Below are positions 1 to 11,716 of a stretch of 64,000 nucleotides of DNA, piece by piece (the stretch's first letter is position 1; every line of letters starts with the position of its first letter). The DNA lies in NCBI GenBank assembly GCA_964016885.1, contig OZ024743.1, forward strand, positions 17,422,001-17,486,000, in the 5' to 3' direction. A program made the translations under genes and the position numbers. Origin of the DNA: Eledone cirrhosa. Lineage: Eukaryota. Under the pieces are notes generated by a model. It made no database searches, was not told where the DNA came from, and saw only the letters and a program-made list of their open reading frames with translations.

Positions 1-1039
1 TGTGTAGCTTGTATTATATGGAAAAGTGAAATAATATACGTACATTTCCAATTGTAAGGACAGTATGAAATTATTCGATGATAATTACACATACATATAT
101 ATAATATAACTTATGATTATGAAGTATGCAAAAGCATAGTTGTAAATCTAATTTAGATTTAACATACGGTTAAATAGTATCTCTCTATGCGTGGGTCTCT
201 CTGGTAGTTCTCTATAGTTAGGGCATGTCATATCAGTATATATGTCATTATACTCAAACATATGAGCAGCATGGGTATAAATATGTACTGACTAACATTT
301 CTGTATAGACGACAACAAATCGATATACGAAATCTATAGAAATTACGAAAATCAGTATTAGCTTATTCAAAGATTAAATGCACCGTGCTGTAGTTGCGCT
401 CGAATTCACACCTTTTTAAAAATGAGTATAACATTTTATGCGTATTGATTCACGTCGCTGGCTTAGCTGGTGATTGTGATGAACGATTCAATATATGAGA
501 AATTTGATATTCATTCCATTTCATGAAGGATTTTTGCCAAACATTTGGATTCACTAAATGGCGGCAAAATAGAATATTAAATTCAAAATAGATTAGAAAA
601 GATAACTCTACGTAGCAAAAGAAAAATAATAAATAAATAAAGATTAGTTGCAAATACGAAACCAACAAGATACAACACAGACTGCGACATACTACTTCAT
701 CGGAAACATTTCTCTCTTTAAATGACTATATACTATAAATGCCAATATAGTGCAAATGATGAATTACGTATAATAAGTTTATGACTAAATTATCTCCTCA
801 ATCACGAAAAACAAAACACACATATGTGAATAATTCAACAGGCAACATTTGTACTTGGCGTAAGAGTTTATGCATTTTAGTTGATATACATATAAAATAA
901 CGCCAATGTTTAATCTAATTATATACATATACTTGCAAAGAGATGCACAAACATACATGCACACACAGAGACACCCTTTCTACGTCCCCAACTGTCTCTG
1001 CCTCAGTCTCTATCACTCTCTCAATTTCTATTTCTCTAC

Positions 1040-1180
<141 letters not shown>

Positions 1181-1533
1181 CATCCATACAACCATATTCA
1201 TATTTATAAGAAAGTGCGTATTTCTATGTAGTATTCATGTATGCTACCTCATTGATGTTTACGTCAGCTGATTTCCAGCGAGATGATAGCATGACACGTA
1301 CTCCTAGACCTACGCTATGCCTTTACAGATAATCTTGAAATACCAGCGGCATTGTTTCTGCGTACAATTCTCACAGCAAATGTCATTATTGTTTTAAATA
1401 TGCATCTCCTTAGATTAGTGCAGTATAGAGCTGAATATACAAATAATTAAATACGTACGGCAAATGCAATCTTGTACGGTGATGACATGTAAGTGTCACG
1501 ATCGCAACAAGTAATGTGTAATATTTCATAATA

Positions 1534-1630
1534 CAAGGTATCCCAAAAATGTATACACACATGAACAGCATCCTAATAAATATTGCATGTGCAGGTAATC
1601 AAATTGTGTATACAGTTTGGGGACACCATG
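1534..1630. mobile_element. Short decayed Tc1/mariner-type MITE (~97 bp)
   Basis: Imperfect ~25 bp TIRs: caaggtatcccaaaaatgtatacac vs reverse complement of right end catggtgtccccaaactgtatacac; TA on the left flank. Confidence 0.55.
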
Positions 1631-3383
1631 TGCGTTGCCAAACTATTGTGTAAATCAGAATATGTATTATTGTCTGTTAGCATATCTCTCTGAAACTATC
1701 TTAAACATGTTATAAAGCCTTTTGACAGGATAATGAAGCAGCTGCCATAGGACTTCTTTATCTGAGCATGATCAATCTGAAAGTACGTACCCTTGGTTTA
1801 ATTGGAAAACTAGAAGATTTGCTGCATGAATGTGTTTAACAGAGAATCCTGTCTTCCGCCTCCGATGAAAACATCTTAAATGAAACATCAATATCGAGGG
1901 TGCCATTCAATGAAATGTAATGCGGTTAATGATATTCGGGTTAGTTCTATCAGATCTGCTCTGTGTAGTTATGGCAGCCATATAGGAAAGTAAGACGAGC
2001 AACATATCTTCTACTGTCTTAACGTTAGAGCTGGATGTTCTTTACAAATGCACTGGGGACGATAGGAATTATGTTAATGCTGTAATGTGTCAATCTCACC
2101 ACAATGAAACTCTAGTACATGTTCGCTATTGCAAACTTACACAGCATAAGTCTGAATTGAAATACCCGAATCCTTATCAGGGCGGATGCTAGAATTGAGG
2201 AATATATCGTGGTGTGAATTATTGTTTTCTCGGTACAGGAAAAATAACCTTTTAAAAAATATGATACCTATATAAATTTACACTGTTTTCAGCTCGTATA
2301 AAAACATTGTGTGTTCCTGTTTCTGATATATTTCCATCTAATTTCTTCGTCCCCTATCGTTATAATGTGTTTGTTACTACCTTATCAAATATTTTGAATG
2401 CCTGTTGCAATGTTATCAAAAATATATTTTAATCACATTGATATCAATTTATGATATTGAATGGCATATTTTAGAAAGCCTTCTCCAGAAAATCAATCAC
2501 AGTCACAGCAGACATAATAATATATGTAGTCAAATATCCTTTATACTTCTAGAATATCCATGTATAATTATGTGTGTCAATGATATTCATGTGTATGTGA
2601 GTGTCTGAGTGTGTGTCTCTGTGTGTGTATGTGTGTGTGTGTGCGTAAGTGTGTGTGGGAGGGTGCGTGTGTGTGGGAGGGTGCGTGCGTGTGTGTATGT
2701 GCGTGTGTGTGTGAGTGTGATACGGGTATTTCAAGAGCTCAAAACAGAAGCTTTCAAGCACGTTGTATTAGTTCAATGCCGAGCATATATTGTTAGCTAT
2801 ATGCGATACATGGTTTATTTTTATTACAGAACGATATATTGAACTTAATCCTGATGCGTAACTAAGTAAATCTTTATCTCGTTCCTGTATAATAATAATG
2901 TATCATATATTTTACAATGATTTATACATTGCAGAAAATTCAATTCATATTGAAAGAGAATGCATTTCTAAAATACGGAATAATATTATTGAAAAATCCA
3001 TAATTCTATCATAAGGATAACTTTGTGAGATATTGGGAAATGTTTGCTATGTTTATTATACAGACACTTGCTTTGTAATTTCACTGGCCTCGTAGAATTA
3101 GCCACCATATATCCTTCAAGATAGCACATGCTACAATCTTGAGAAGGGAATTCAATCTTAAAAGAAAATGTCATCCTGAATTGTGCAGATGAATTCCTGA
3201 AAAGCAGATGAAGTCCAATGGATTAATTGTGTTTCGATATATATATTTTCTTAGAACTGACCAGTATACACAGAAATACATAAATATACAGATTTCGTCC
3301 CTCTCTCTTTCACAATCTCACTGTGTGTTTTTATTTCGCCTCACTCCTTTGTTTTTTGTTTGCTTACACCATCTTGTTTTTGT

Positions 3384-3566
3384 GTAGGACAGAACACACA
3401 AAATAAAATCCCAGTCACTGAGGAGGTCACAGAATGTGTGACAAAAGCACTTTCACAATATATTAAAAATACCTACGATTATCGCACCAACCAACCAACC
3501 AGACAACGAACCGGAAAAGGGAGCGTGGATTTTATTGGCTTCATGTTCCTCCCAATTTATAGCAAT
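3384..3566 (+). mobile_element. Solo 3' fragment of the PLE family at 41811-46499, with decayed hammerhead (3414-3456)
   Basis: Aligns by eye to 46257-46499 (ccagtcactgaNgaggtcac...gtgtgac; ctcccaaNNtataNcaata end); GAAA mutated to AAAA; ends in (TA)n. Confidence 0.75.
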
Positions 3567-3854
3567 ATATATATATATATATATATGTAATATAAGAATC
3601 AAAGAACTGTTCAAAACATTATTGTGCTTACAGCTGTTTCCTCCAAACCGAGGTTTTGATTTTTCGGAGCAATTTATTAATGCTTGGACAGTTATATGAC
3701 CTCCTTTTCAGCCAAGAGACATACCGATACATATGCAAATATTGTGGGTCAACATTCATTACAGAATTTAGAGTGGCAGTACACACTTCGAGATTACATT
3801 CATATTACATTCATATTTATTATATATATATATAGATGTGCTTCGTTGAATTGA

Positions 3855-3949
3855 GACGTATCCGAGGACCACGCGATTTCAGAGTCAGATTTGTTCACCA
3901 CATCGATCGTGCCTCGACCTGGTCGTCCAAGAAACAATTGTAATATGTC
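3855..3949 (+). ncRNA. Candidate decayed type I hammerhead in a ~160 bp insertion between (TA)n tracts
   Basis: Helix I GACGTAT/ATATGTC; core CCGAGGA (U4>C); GAAA; palindromic helix III CAATTG; GUA triplet; helix II not clearly resolved. Confidence 0.5.
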
Positions 3950-5084
3950 CAATAAATCTCTTTCGTCGCAACACTGATTCTCTTTTTTCTGTGATATATA
4001 TATATATATATATATATGTGATGCGGCGTAATATTTATAAGAGAAATCGCGAATCTTTGTTCAATGAAATGGTGATATGATTGTTTATTTACCATTTAAT
4101 CAACTACTCGTAATAGCTAATCGATGGCCCTTAGAGGTTACAATGTATTTTCTACATTATAAATATATGATATACCGTTTCTCGCCTTAGAAAATATACA
4201 CATTGTAATTGTGGAGCGATGCAGTATATTCCACTCTAATATACGCTTTTTATTATTCTTTAGACATTCCTGAAAACAATATTAGCCCGTGATGCGTGCA
4301 CGGATATATATTTATTGTTGTGTTTCTACTTTAGTGTTCTGTTTAAATTCTATTATGCATATGTTTCTTTAAGTGTTTTTCTCATCTTAAAATAGTTTAG
4401 ACATGTATATCCTTTTATATATTATACATGTTTGTTGAGAATGATCTAGGTAGACATTTATTTTTTCGTCGTAAAAACTATGGTTTTGATTTCTTTAGAC
4501 ATAAAATATTACTATATAAAATATAAATTTTAAATTTAGCTATTTGTTGAAGCATTTGTTAAAGTTTTTCTTTTATATAGGAAATTTAGTATATGTGCAG
4601 CCCTGACTCATGGGAAGAAAACACTTTTAAATTTGTTTTAGAAATTGGGCTAAATATTTATTTATGGGAAATTTTCATTATGTTTTCGATTCGTGCTAAA
4701 TGAAGTCCAATGGAAACATTTACGCTGGGATTTTATCTTCGTTACAACTATGAGTATAAGCATCCTATTGCAGAAGACAGGACTATCATTTACAGACAGA
4801 TGTTTTATACGTAATTAAATTTGATTTGTTTTTCTTTATTAAACAATACATTTTGTTTGAAATTGAATAGGGCCTACATCGTTACTTGGCCATAACATAT
4901 GTTTATAGATGTTTTGGTCTTGAAATAAAAGTGATAAAACGTGTATTGATTAAATCACCATTTTAAATTCCTTTATATAACATGCAACGAATATTTTCTC
5001 AGGCATGTTCTTTCATATTCATTTCAAAATGGTTAAAGATGCCTTTCTAATATATATAGATACGGTTATAAATTTTATTAATAA

Positions 5085-5216
5085 TTGTTTCTACTTTTGG
5101 CACAATGCCAGCAATTATGCCAGTGTATTACTGGTATTTTCTTTTATCGACCCCGTAAGGATGAAAGGCAAAGTTAACCTCGGCGGGATTTGAACTCAGA
5201 CCATAAAGGGCCGTAA
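5085..5216 (-). mobile_element. tRNA-derived SINE (partial)
   Basis: Shared core ctggtaNtttNttttatcgaccccgtaaggatgaaaggcaaagttaacctcggcgggatttgaac; B-box GTTCAAATCC on the minus strand; repeated in the window. Confidence 0.85.
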
Positions 5217-6338
5217 TTTTATTAATAATATAATAAAAATCGTAAATTCTGAATAGAAGGCTTTTTTACCAGATATATGAGGGTTTATTTTCTTAAGTAA
5301 TATCAATCAGAATAGATTGATAATATGTACATCGTCAAATTTCACCAGCAAGTATTATTCCATATTACGTACATCACCGATTCTTCTTCATACAATATTC
5401 AATTTATAATGCTTTTCGAGTACGAGGTACCTCTAAGGCTATATATATATATATAGAGAGAGAGATATGTGTGTGTATATGTATATATAAATACATACTA
5501 TCTGGCCCGTCTGGCTGGTGTCCGGCTAGGTATGCCTGACCCCACCACACCACTGCAAAGATACCACACACCCTCCCGTATCACATTGTCCTTCCGACTT
5601 CGTAGCAAAGGAGAGGGCAAAACCCGAAGAACAAATTATACTACATCAGCACAGTCTGAGGACTCATGCAACAGCCAGTCGTCCCTCTGTTTCTCTCTCT
5701 CTTCTCTCCTCTATTACCCGCTTGACCGTCCCTCTGTTTCTCTCTGTCACTCTCCCTCTCTCCCCTCTCTCAACTCTCTCTGTTTAAATGTGTGTAGTGC
5801 GTAGTTTTACTAATCTGTCTCTTTCACTGTCTCTCTTTCACTGTCTCTCTTCCACTCTGCGTCTCTCTAAGAGGGTTCGCGCGCCTTTTGATGTATGTAT
5901 TACCTGCTTGTGTGTTGACCTAATTTGGATAAGGTTATCCTTTTAAAATAAACAATGTTTATGATAAAATGTAGCGGTAATTTGAACAAATATAAAAGAA
6001 GACGATCTATTATGGAGAGAGGGAAGAGCGACAGGGAGAGTAAAGCAGTTAAATTATAGAGAGGAGCAACAGATGCGAGCGAAGCCGATCTATTATAGAG
6101 AGAGGGAAGAGCGACAGAGAGAGTAAAGATAAGCAATTATAGTGAGGTGTGTACGATACATACATAATACATACATACGACGTCAGCTATTTCTAGTGGC
6201 AGGACATTGATCTGTCCACCCCTGCCTTCTGTCTTTACACACGGCACTAGACAAAGTTGGTTCCGTCCTCATTCACTCTCATGCGGGAACAGTTTTGTAT
6301 GGCGCCAGTTTGTGATTTGAACTCAGGAATTTCATATT

Positions 6339-6421
6339 CCTTCTGACGAGAATCCCCTTCTCAATGGTAGTCCGCCTCGATTATCCATTTATCTTGTGAT
6401 TTGAAACCGCGCGGTAAGGGT
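6339..6421 (+). ncRNA. Type I hammerhead ribozyme, family A1 copy 1
   Basis: CCTT-CTGACGA-GAATC...GATTT-GAAA-CCGCGCGG-TA-AGGG; palindromic helix III; predicted cleavage after GUA at 6416. Confidence 0.8.
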
Positions 6422-6825
6422 ACATATAGTAAGTACAGCGAACTTTTTAAAATTTATTTAACACTTTTTCTCTATTTGCTAAACCTTGATTTTATATGTT
6501 CTGGCTCGTTAATCTATTAACCTGCCATAGAATGACATTGGCATACGGTTGGATAATACTTGTGTCCCTATATGTATTTTCTACACGTAGGAACACATAC
6601 TTTATTATGATTAATCTCCCCTAGGCTTGAGATAACATTTTGGTCGTTTGAACTGCTGCTATTTCTAGTGACAGGACATTGACCTGTCCGTCCCTGCCTT
6701 CTGTCTTTACACACGGCACTAGACAAAATTGGTTCCTTCCTCATTCACTCTCATTCGGGAACAGTTTTGTATGGCGCCAGTTTGTGATTTGAACTCGGGA
6801 ATTTTATATTCTCCGAGCGAGAAGA

Positions 6826-6909
6826 ACCTTCTGACGAGAATCCCCTTCTCAATGATGGTCCGCCTGGATTATCCATTTATTTTATGATTTGAAACCGCGC
6901 GCTAAGGGT
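6826..6909 (+). ncRNA. Type I hammerhead ribozyme, family A1 copy 2
   Basis: ACCTT-CTGACGA-GAATC...GATTT-GAAA-CCGCGCGC-TA-AGGGT; one helix III mismatch. Confidence 0.7.
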
Positions 6910-6982
6910 ACATATAGTAAGTACACCGAACCTTTTAAAACTTATTTTAAAACTTTTTCTCTATTTCCTAAACCTTGATGTT

Positions 6983-7057
<75 letters not shown>

Positions 7058-7106
7058 TGTATATATTTATATATGTATGTGTTTCTGTGTGATTGTGTGT
7101 ATAAGT

Positions 7107-7149
<43 letters not shown>

Positions 7150-8341
7150 ACAATAACCAACTCGAGGAGTGCTAAGTAAGGAATTTCTACCAATTACAAT
7201 TAAAACTATTGAGGAATCTTCAGAGATGTAACATCAGCTTTTTAAACATTTTTATTATATTTGTTACCATAATATATCTCACCAACATTACATAAATTCA
7301 ACACTTAACTCGGTCCGTTGAACTCCGATCACATTTAGTATTTGATACATCCAGATATGTTCAACGTAAACTAAACAATCCATGTACTTAATCTAGCAGA
7401 GAAACTGGTATTGTAATAGTGATTTTCATACAATATATTAATATATTGTTGATATAGAAAATTAGAAGTCTTTAGATTTACGCAATGTCTAATCATGTGA
7501 AATATAATAATATAATCTGTTAAAAAATATGTCCCATACGTGTATTAAATTGAAATAGATGAAAAATATTATTTGCTGCATTCAAAGAATTAATCTTCGA
7601 GTATATATGGGGAATAGAAATGTGTGATCATAATCTTTGTTCTGCAACAATGATTGGAAATAATTCAATACATACATTTGGTACACCATTTCAATATTAG
7701 TATGTAATAAGTATTGTTATGTTTCTTTGAACTCCTTAATATACTTCAGGAAATAAATATACAGCCCTTCCTAAAAGGGAAAACAATTCTCTGAAAAGAG
7801 ATACGATTTCTCTAACAATGACAAGTAGAAATATGAGATGGACATGGATAATCAAAATATTAAATGGTTACAGTAAATTGGAAATAATGCTGAAAGCTGA
7901 AGTACAAATGACAAATTAATCCACTGTAACAATACAATTGTCAGCTCTATATTAATCACGTTTCAAGTTAGTAATATGTGGTGAAATGTCTAATGATCAC
8001 TGCATTCGGTTGAAATAGGCAAAGACATTGGACATTCTATTATTATGTATTGGTTATTTAATTAATTACAAATGCGAATAGACAAACATTGTTATGAACA
8101 AAATTCATTTGGAAGCTATTGTAATTGATTGACAGGTATGAAATCAGATATAATGGCATAGCTAAAATGGAGATTAATGAAAATAACCAGCGTTGCGAGA
8201 TCTTGAGATGCTGTTATATATATTGATTACTTGCCATATTTAATGTCCAACACACACAAGTTATTCCCTGTAGTTCGCTTCCTGGTCCTACGTCTCAAAA
8301 CAATATACACATACAAACAGGAGCGCACGTGCATATTTCAT

Positions 8342-8404
<63 letters not shown>

Positions 8405-8411
<7 letters not shown>

Positions 8412-9350
8412 AATTAGTATATCTAGTAACATATATATACACAGATACATATTTATGCTAGCAAATATATAGGTTTTGTCTCAGTAACTTTGTGGTTCAA
8501 TGCATGAGGATGCAGAACAATAATATGAGAGACGTAAAATAAGAAAATTATAAAATTAACTTACTTACTAAACTTTCACTCCAACTAATTAGTTTCTGAA
8601 AGGGAATAAACATAGTTTCCTAAGAAACGTACTGAATTATTTTTGTATAAGTTCCCTGTGTCGACGTATTGCCTGGAAACTTAGCTGAGAATAGACTTCC
8701 CTGATGACGAAAGGCTTCTCCGTACGGTTCTCAGGAAACTGTTTATTCCCTTTCAGAAACTAATTAGTTGGAGTGAAATTTTAGTAAGTAAGTTAATTTT
8801 ATAATTTTCTTATTTTACGTCTCTCATATTATTGTTCTGCATCCCCATGCATTGAACCACAAAGTTACTAAGACAAAACCTATATATTTGCTAGCATAAA
8901 TATGTATCTGTGTATATATATGTTACTAGATATACTAATTCTTTATAATTATCTCCAAATTATTTTGTCGAGCAAAAATTGGACAAAACTGCTACTATAG
9001 TAACGGTCCGGCCGCTGTCTTCTTAACAAACCACTCCTCTCTGATTGATCTCGATGTCACGTGATTGATTCTTTTGAATTTGCCACCGACGCAGTAGGCA
9101 GTGATTTTTTCAATGGCTTAGAATTTAGTCCACGCATTGCTTTTTTCCATCCACTGAATTATTTTTGTATAAGTTCCCTGTGTCCACGTATTGCCTGGAA
9201 ACTTAGCTGAGAATAGACTTCCCTGATGCCGAAAGGCTTCTCCGTACGTTTCTTAGGAAACTATGTTTATTCCCTTTCAGAAACTAATTAGTTGGAGTGA
9301 AATTTTAGTAGGTAAGTTAATTTTATAAGTTTCTTATTTTACGTCTCTCA
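8405..9350 (+). mobile_element. Retrozyme-like family B1: inverted 5' segment (8405-8631) plus tandem ~524 nt unit, between (TA)n tracts
   Basis: 8405-8631 is the reverse complement of ~8722-8946; 8631-8827 repeats at 9153-9350; HHR at each junction. Confidence 0.85.
8695..8774 (+). ncRNA. Type I hammerhead, family B1 (second copy at 9217-9298 has core CTGATGC)
   Basis: ACTTCC-CTGATGA-C-GAAAGG...CCTTTC-A-GAAA-CTAATTAG-TT-GGAGT; palindromic helix III; GUU triplet. Confidence 0.72.
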
Positions 9351-9370
9351 TATATATATATATATATATA

Positions 9371-10047
9371 TATGATTCATCGAGCGCTTGCCACACATAT
9401 CGGACGTTGATTTTCGTTAATTCCTGAGCTGAAAACGATTCTCGCTAATTTATATTTGTATTAATCTCCAGAGTCTAGCTATTGAGCAGTTAATTTTATT
9501 GATTTTTTCAGTTACTTATATTGACTGTTGAATAGCTCTGTTATATTTAACCATTCTGTCGAGAGCTTTATTCGATTTGTGATATTTTGCATTCTAGCAA
9601 TAATACACAACTGAATCATTCGCTTAATAGAGGTGTTACCTCCCTTGCTGAATCCCACGAGGGGTCAGTAATAGCCACATTATCTATAGCATCTTGGAGC
9701 AAAAACCCGTTGATAACACGACTGCCTTGTTCATCATCTCACCAGAAGCCCAACATTCTTTATGTAGGCGGACAGTAACTGATTTGGAGTCGCAGAAACC
9801 AATACTGGATTTTACCATCAGTCCAGGGTCCGGGAAAGTATCAACACATATATTTTTATTGTTTGACCCGAATTACTTGGTCGTTTTGTTTTGGCTGTGC
9901 GGATGATATGTTTAATCATCATCTCAGTGTGTTTGGCCCTTAACGTATGTTGTAGCTCTGATTCATATGATTCATCGAGCGCTTGCCACACATATCGGAC
10001 GTTGATTTTCGTTAATTCCTGAGCTGAAAACGATTCTCGCTAATTTA

Positions 10048-10051
<4 letters not shown>
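9371..10051. mobile_element. ~680 bp non-coding insertion in (TA)n with ~85 bp terminal direct repeats (595 nt period)
   Basis: 9371-9457 matches 9966-10052; (TA)n on both sides; no canonical HHR found. Confidence 0.7.
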
Positions 10052-10106
<55 letters not shown>

Positions 10107-10285
10107 GGATATGTGTTCCTACACGCACAAAGCGCTAAGGGACACATGTATTGTCCAACCATATGCCAATGTGGTTCAATGGCAGGTTAATAAATTAACG
10201 AGCCAGAACATATATAATCAGGTTTAGCAAATAATGAAAAAGTTTCAAAATAAATTTTAAAAAATTGACTTTACTTACTATAGTT

Positions 10286-10369
10286 ACCTTTACCGAATCG
10301 GTTTCGAATCTCAAAAATAAACGGAGACCATACGGCCTTCATTGCAAAGAAAGATTCTCGTCAGAAGGT
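10286..10369 (-). ncRNA. Type I hammerhead, family A2 (inverted copy)
   Basis: Reverse complement of the 10837-10921 motif; core intact. Confidence 0.82.
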
Positions 10370-10836
10370 TCTTTTCATTCGAAGAATATGAAATTCTTGA
10401 ATTTAAATTACGAACTAGCGTTATCCAAAACTGTTCCCGAGATGAGAGTAAATGAAGTGGAATCAATTTTTTCAAGGGCCGAAAGTAAAGATAGAGGCAG
10501 AGGGAGGTAGGTCAATCGGCCACCACTATCACTAGCAGCAGTCGGAACGACCAAATTTGTTCTCAACATATAGGAGATTAGTAATAATAGGATATTCCTA
10601 CACGCACAAAGCGCTAAGGTATTACTATTCTCCTCAATGTTGAGAAAAAATTTGGTCGTTCCGACTGCTGCTAGTGATAGTGGTGGCCGATTGACCTACC
10701 TCCCTCTGCCTCTATCTTTACTTTCGGCTCTTGAAAAAATTGATTCCACTTCATTTACTCTCATCTCGGGAACAGTTTTGGATAGCGCTAGTTCGTAATT
10801 TAAATTCAAGAATTTTATATTCTTCGAATGAAAAGA

Positions 10837-10921
10837 ACCTTCTGACGAGAATCTTTCTTTGCAACGAAGGCCGTATGGTCTCCGTCTATTTTTTGAGATT
10901 CGAAACCGATTCGGTAAAGGT
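10837..10921 (+). ncRNA. Type I hammerhead, family A2
   Basis: ACCTT-CTGACGA-GAATCT...AGATTC-GAAA-CCGATTCGG-TA-AAGGT; perfect helix I and helix II base; canonical core; GUA at 10916. Confidence 0.88.
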
Positions 10922-11319
10922 AACTATAGTAAGTAAAGTCAATTTTTTAAAATTTATTTTGAAACTTTTTCATTATTTGCTAAACCTGGTTATATATGTT
11001 CTGGCTCGTTAATTTATTAACCTGCCATTGAACCACATTGGCATATGGTTGGACAATACATGTGTGCCTTAGCGCTTTGTGCGTGTAGGAACACATATCC
11101 TATTATTACTATTCTCCTCTATGTTGAGAAAAAATATGGTCGTTCCGACTGCTGCTAGTTATAGTGGTGGCCGATTGACCTACCTCCCTCTGCCTCTATC
11201 TTTACTTTCGGCCCTTGAAAAAATTGATTCCACTTCATTTACTCTCATCTCGGGAACAGATTTGGATAGCGCTAGTTCGTAATTTAATTCAAGAATTTTA
11301 TATACTTCGAATGAAAAGA

Positions 11320-11403
11320 ACCTTCTGACGAGAATCTTTCTTTGCAACGAAGACCGTATGGTCTCCGTTTATTTTTGAGATTCGAAACCGATTCGGTAAA
11401 GGT
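11320..11403 (+). ncRNA. Type I hammerhead, family A2 (second tandem copy)
   Basis: Same motif; GUA at 11398, 482 nt after the previous site. Confidence 0.88.
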
Positions 11404-11470
11404 AGCTATAGTAAGTAAAGTCAATTTTTTAAAATTTATTTTGAAACTTTTTCATTATTTGCTAAACCTG

Positions 11471-11567
<97 letters not shown>

Positions 11568-11589
11568 GTATATATATATATATATATAT

Positions 11590-11675
11590 GAAGAAAGAAA
11601 TGTGGTAAGGAACCAGATGGACCATAATGCACCAGAGTACGCAATACTTAGGGTAGTAGGAGGTTAAACTATTTT

Positions 11676-11678
<3 letters not shown>
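11590..11678 (-). mobile_element. ~90 bp terminal fragment of repeat family F between (TA)n tracts
   Basis: gtggtaaggaaccagatggaccataatgcacc...agggtagtag also at 61920-61980 and, as reverse complement, at 21803-21860. Confidence 0.75.

Positions 11679-11716
<38 letters not shown>

Larger units (their letters stand above)
6186..6982 (+). mobile_element. Retrozyme-like family A1: 1.7 tandem copies of a ~0.48 kb non-coding unit with two hammerheads
   Basis: Direct repeat 6186-6490 vs 6658-6980; HHR in each copy; ends in (CA)n(TA)n; homologous to 10103-11472. Confidence 0.8.
10103..11472 (+). mobile_element. Retrozyme-like family A2: inverted copy (10103-10620) plus tandem 482 nt units, three hammerheads, within (TA)n
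   Basis: Near-identical inverted and direct repeats; long (TA)n on both flanks; no coding capacity. Confidence 0.9.

Noticed and set aside
450-668. 72 aa minus-strand ORF or possible terminal exon
   Set aside because: No recognisable homology and no linked upstream exons
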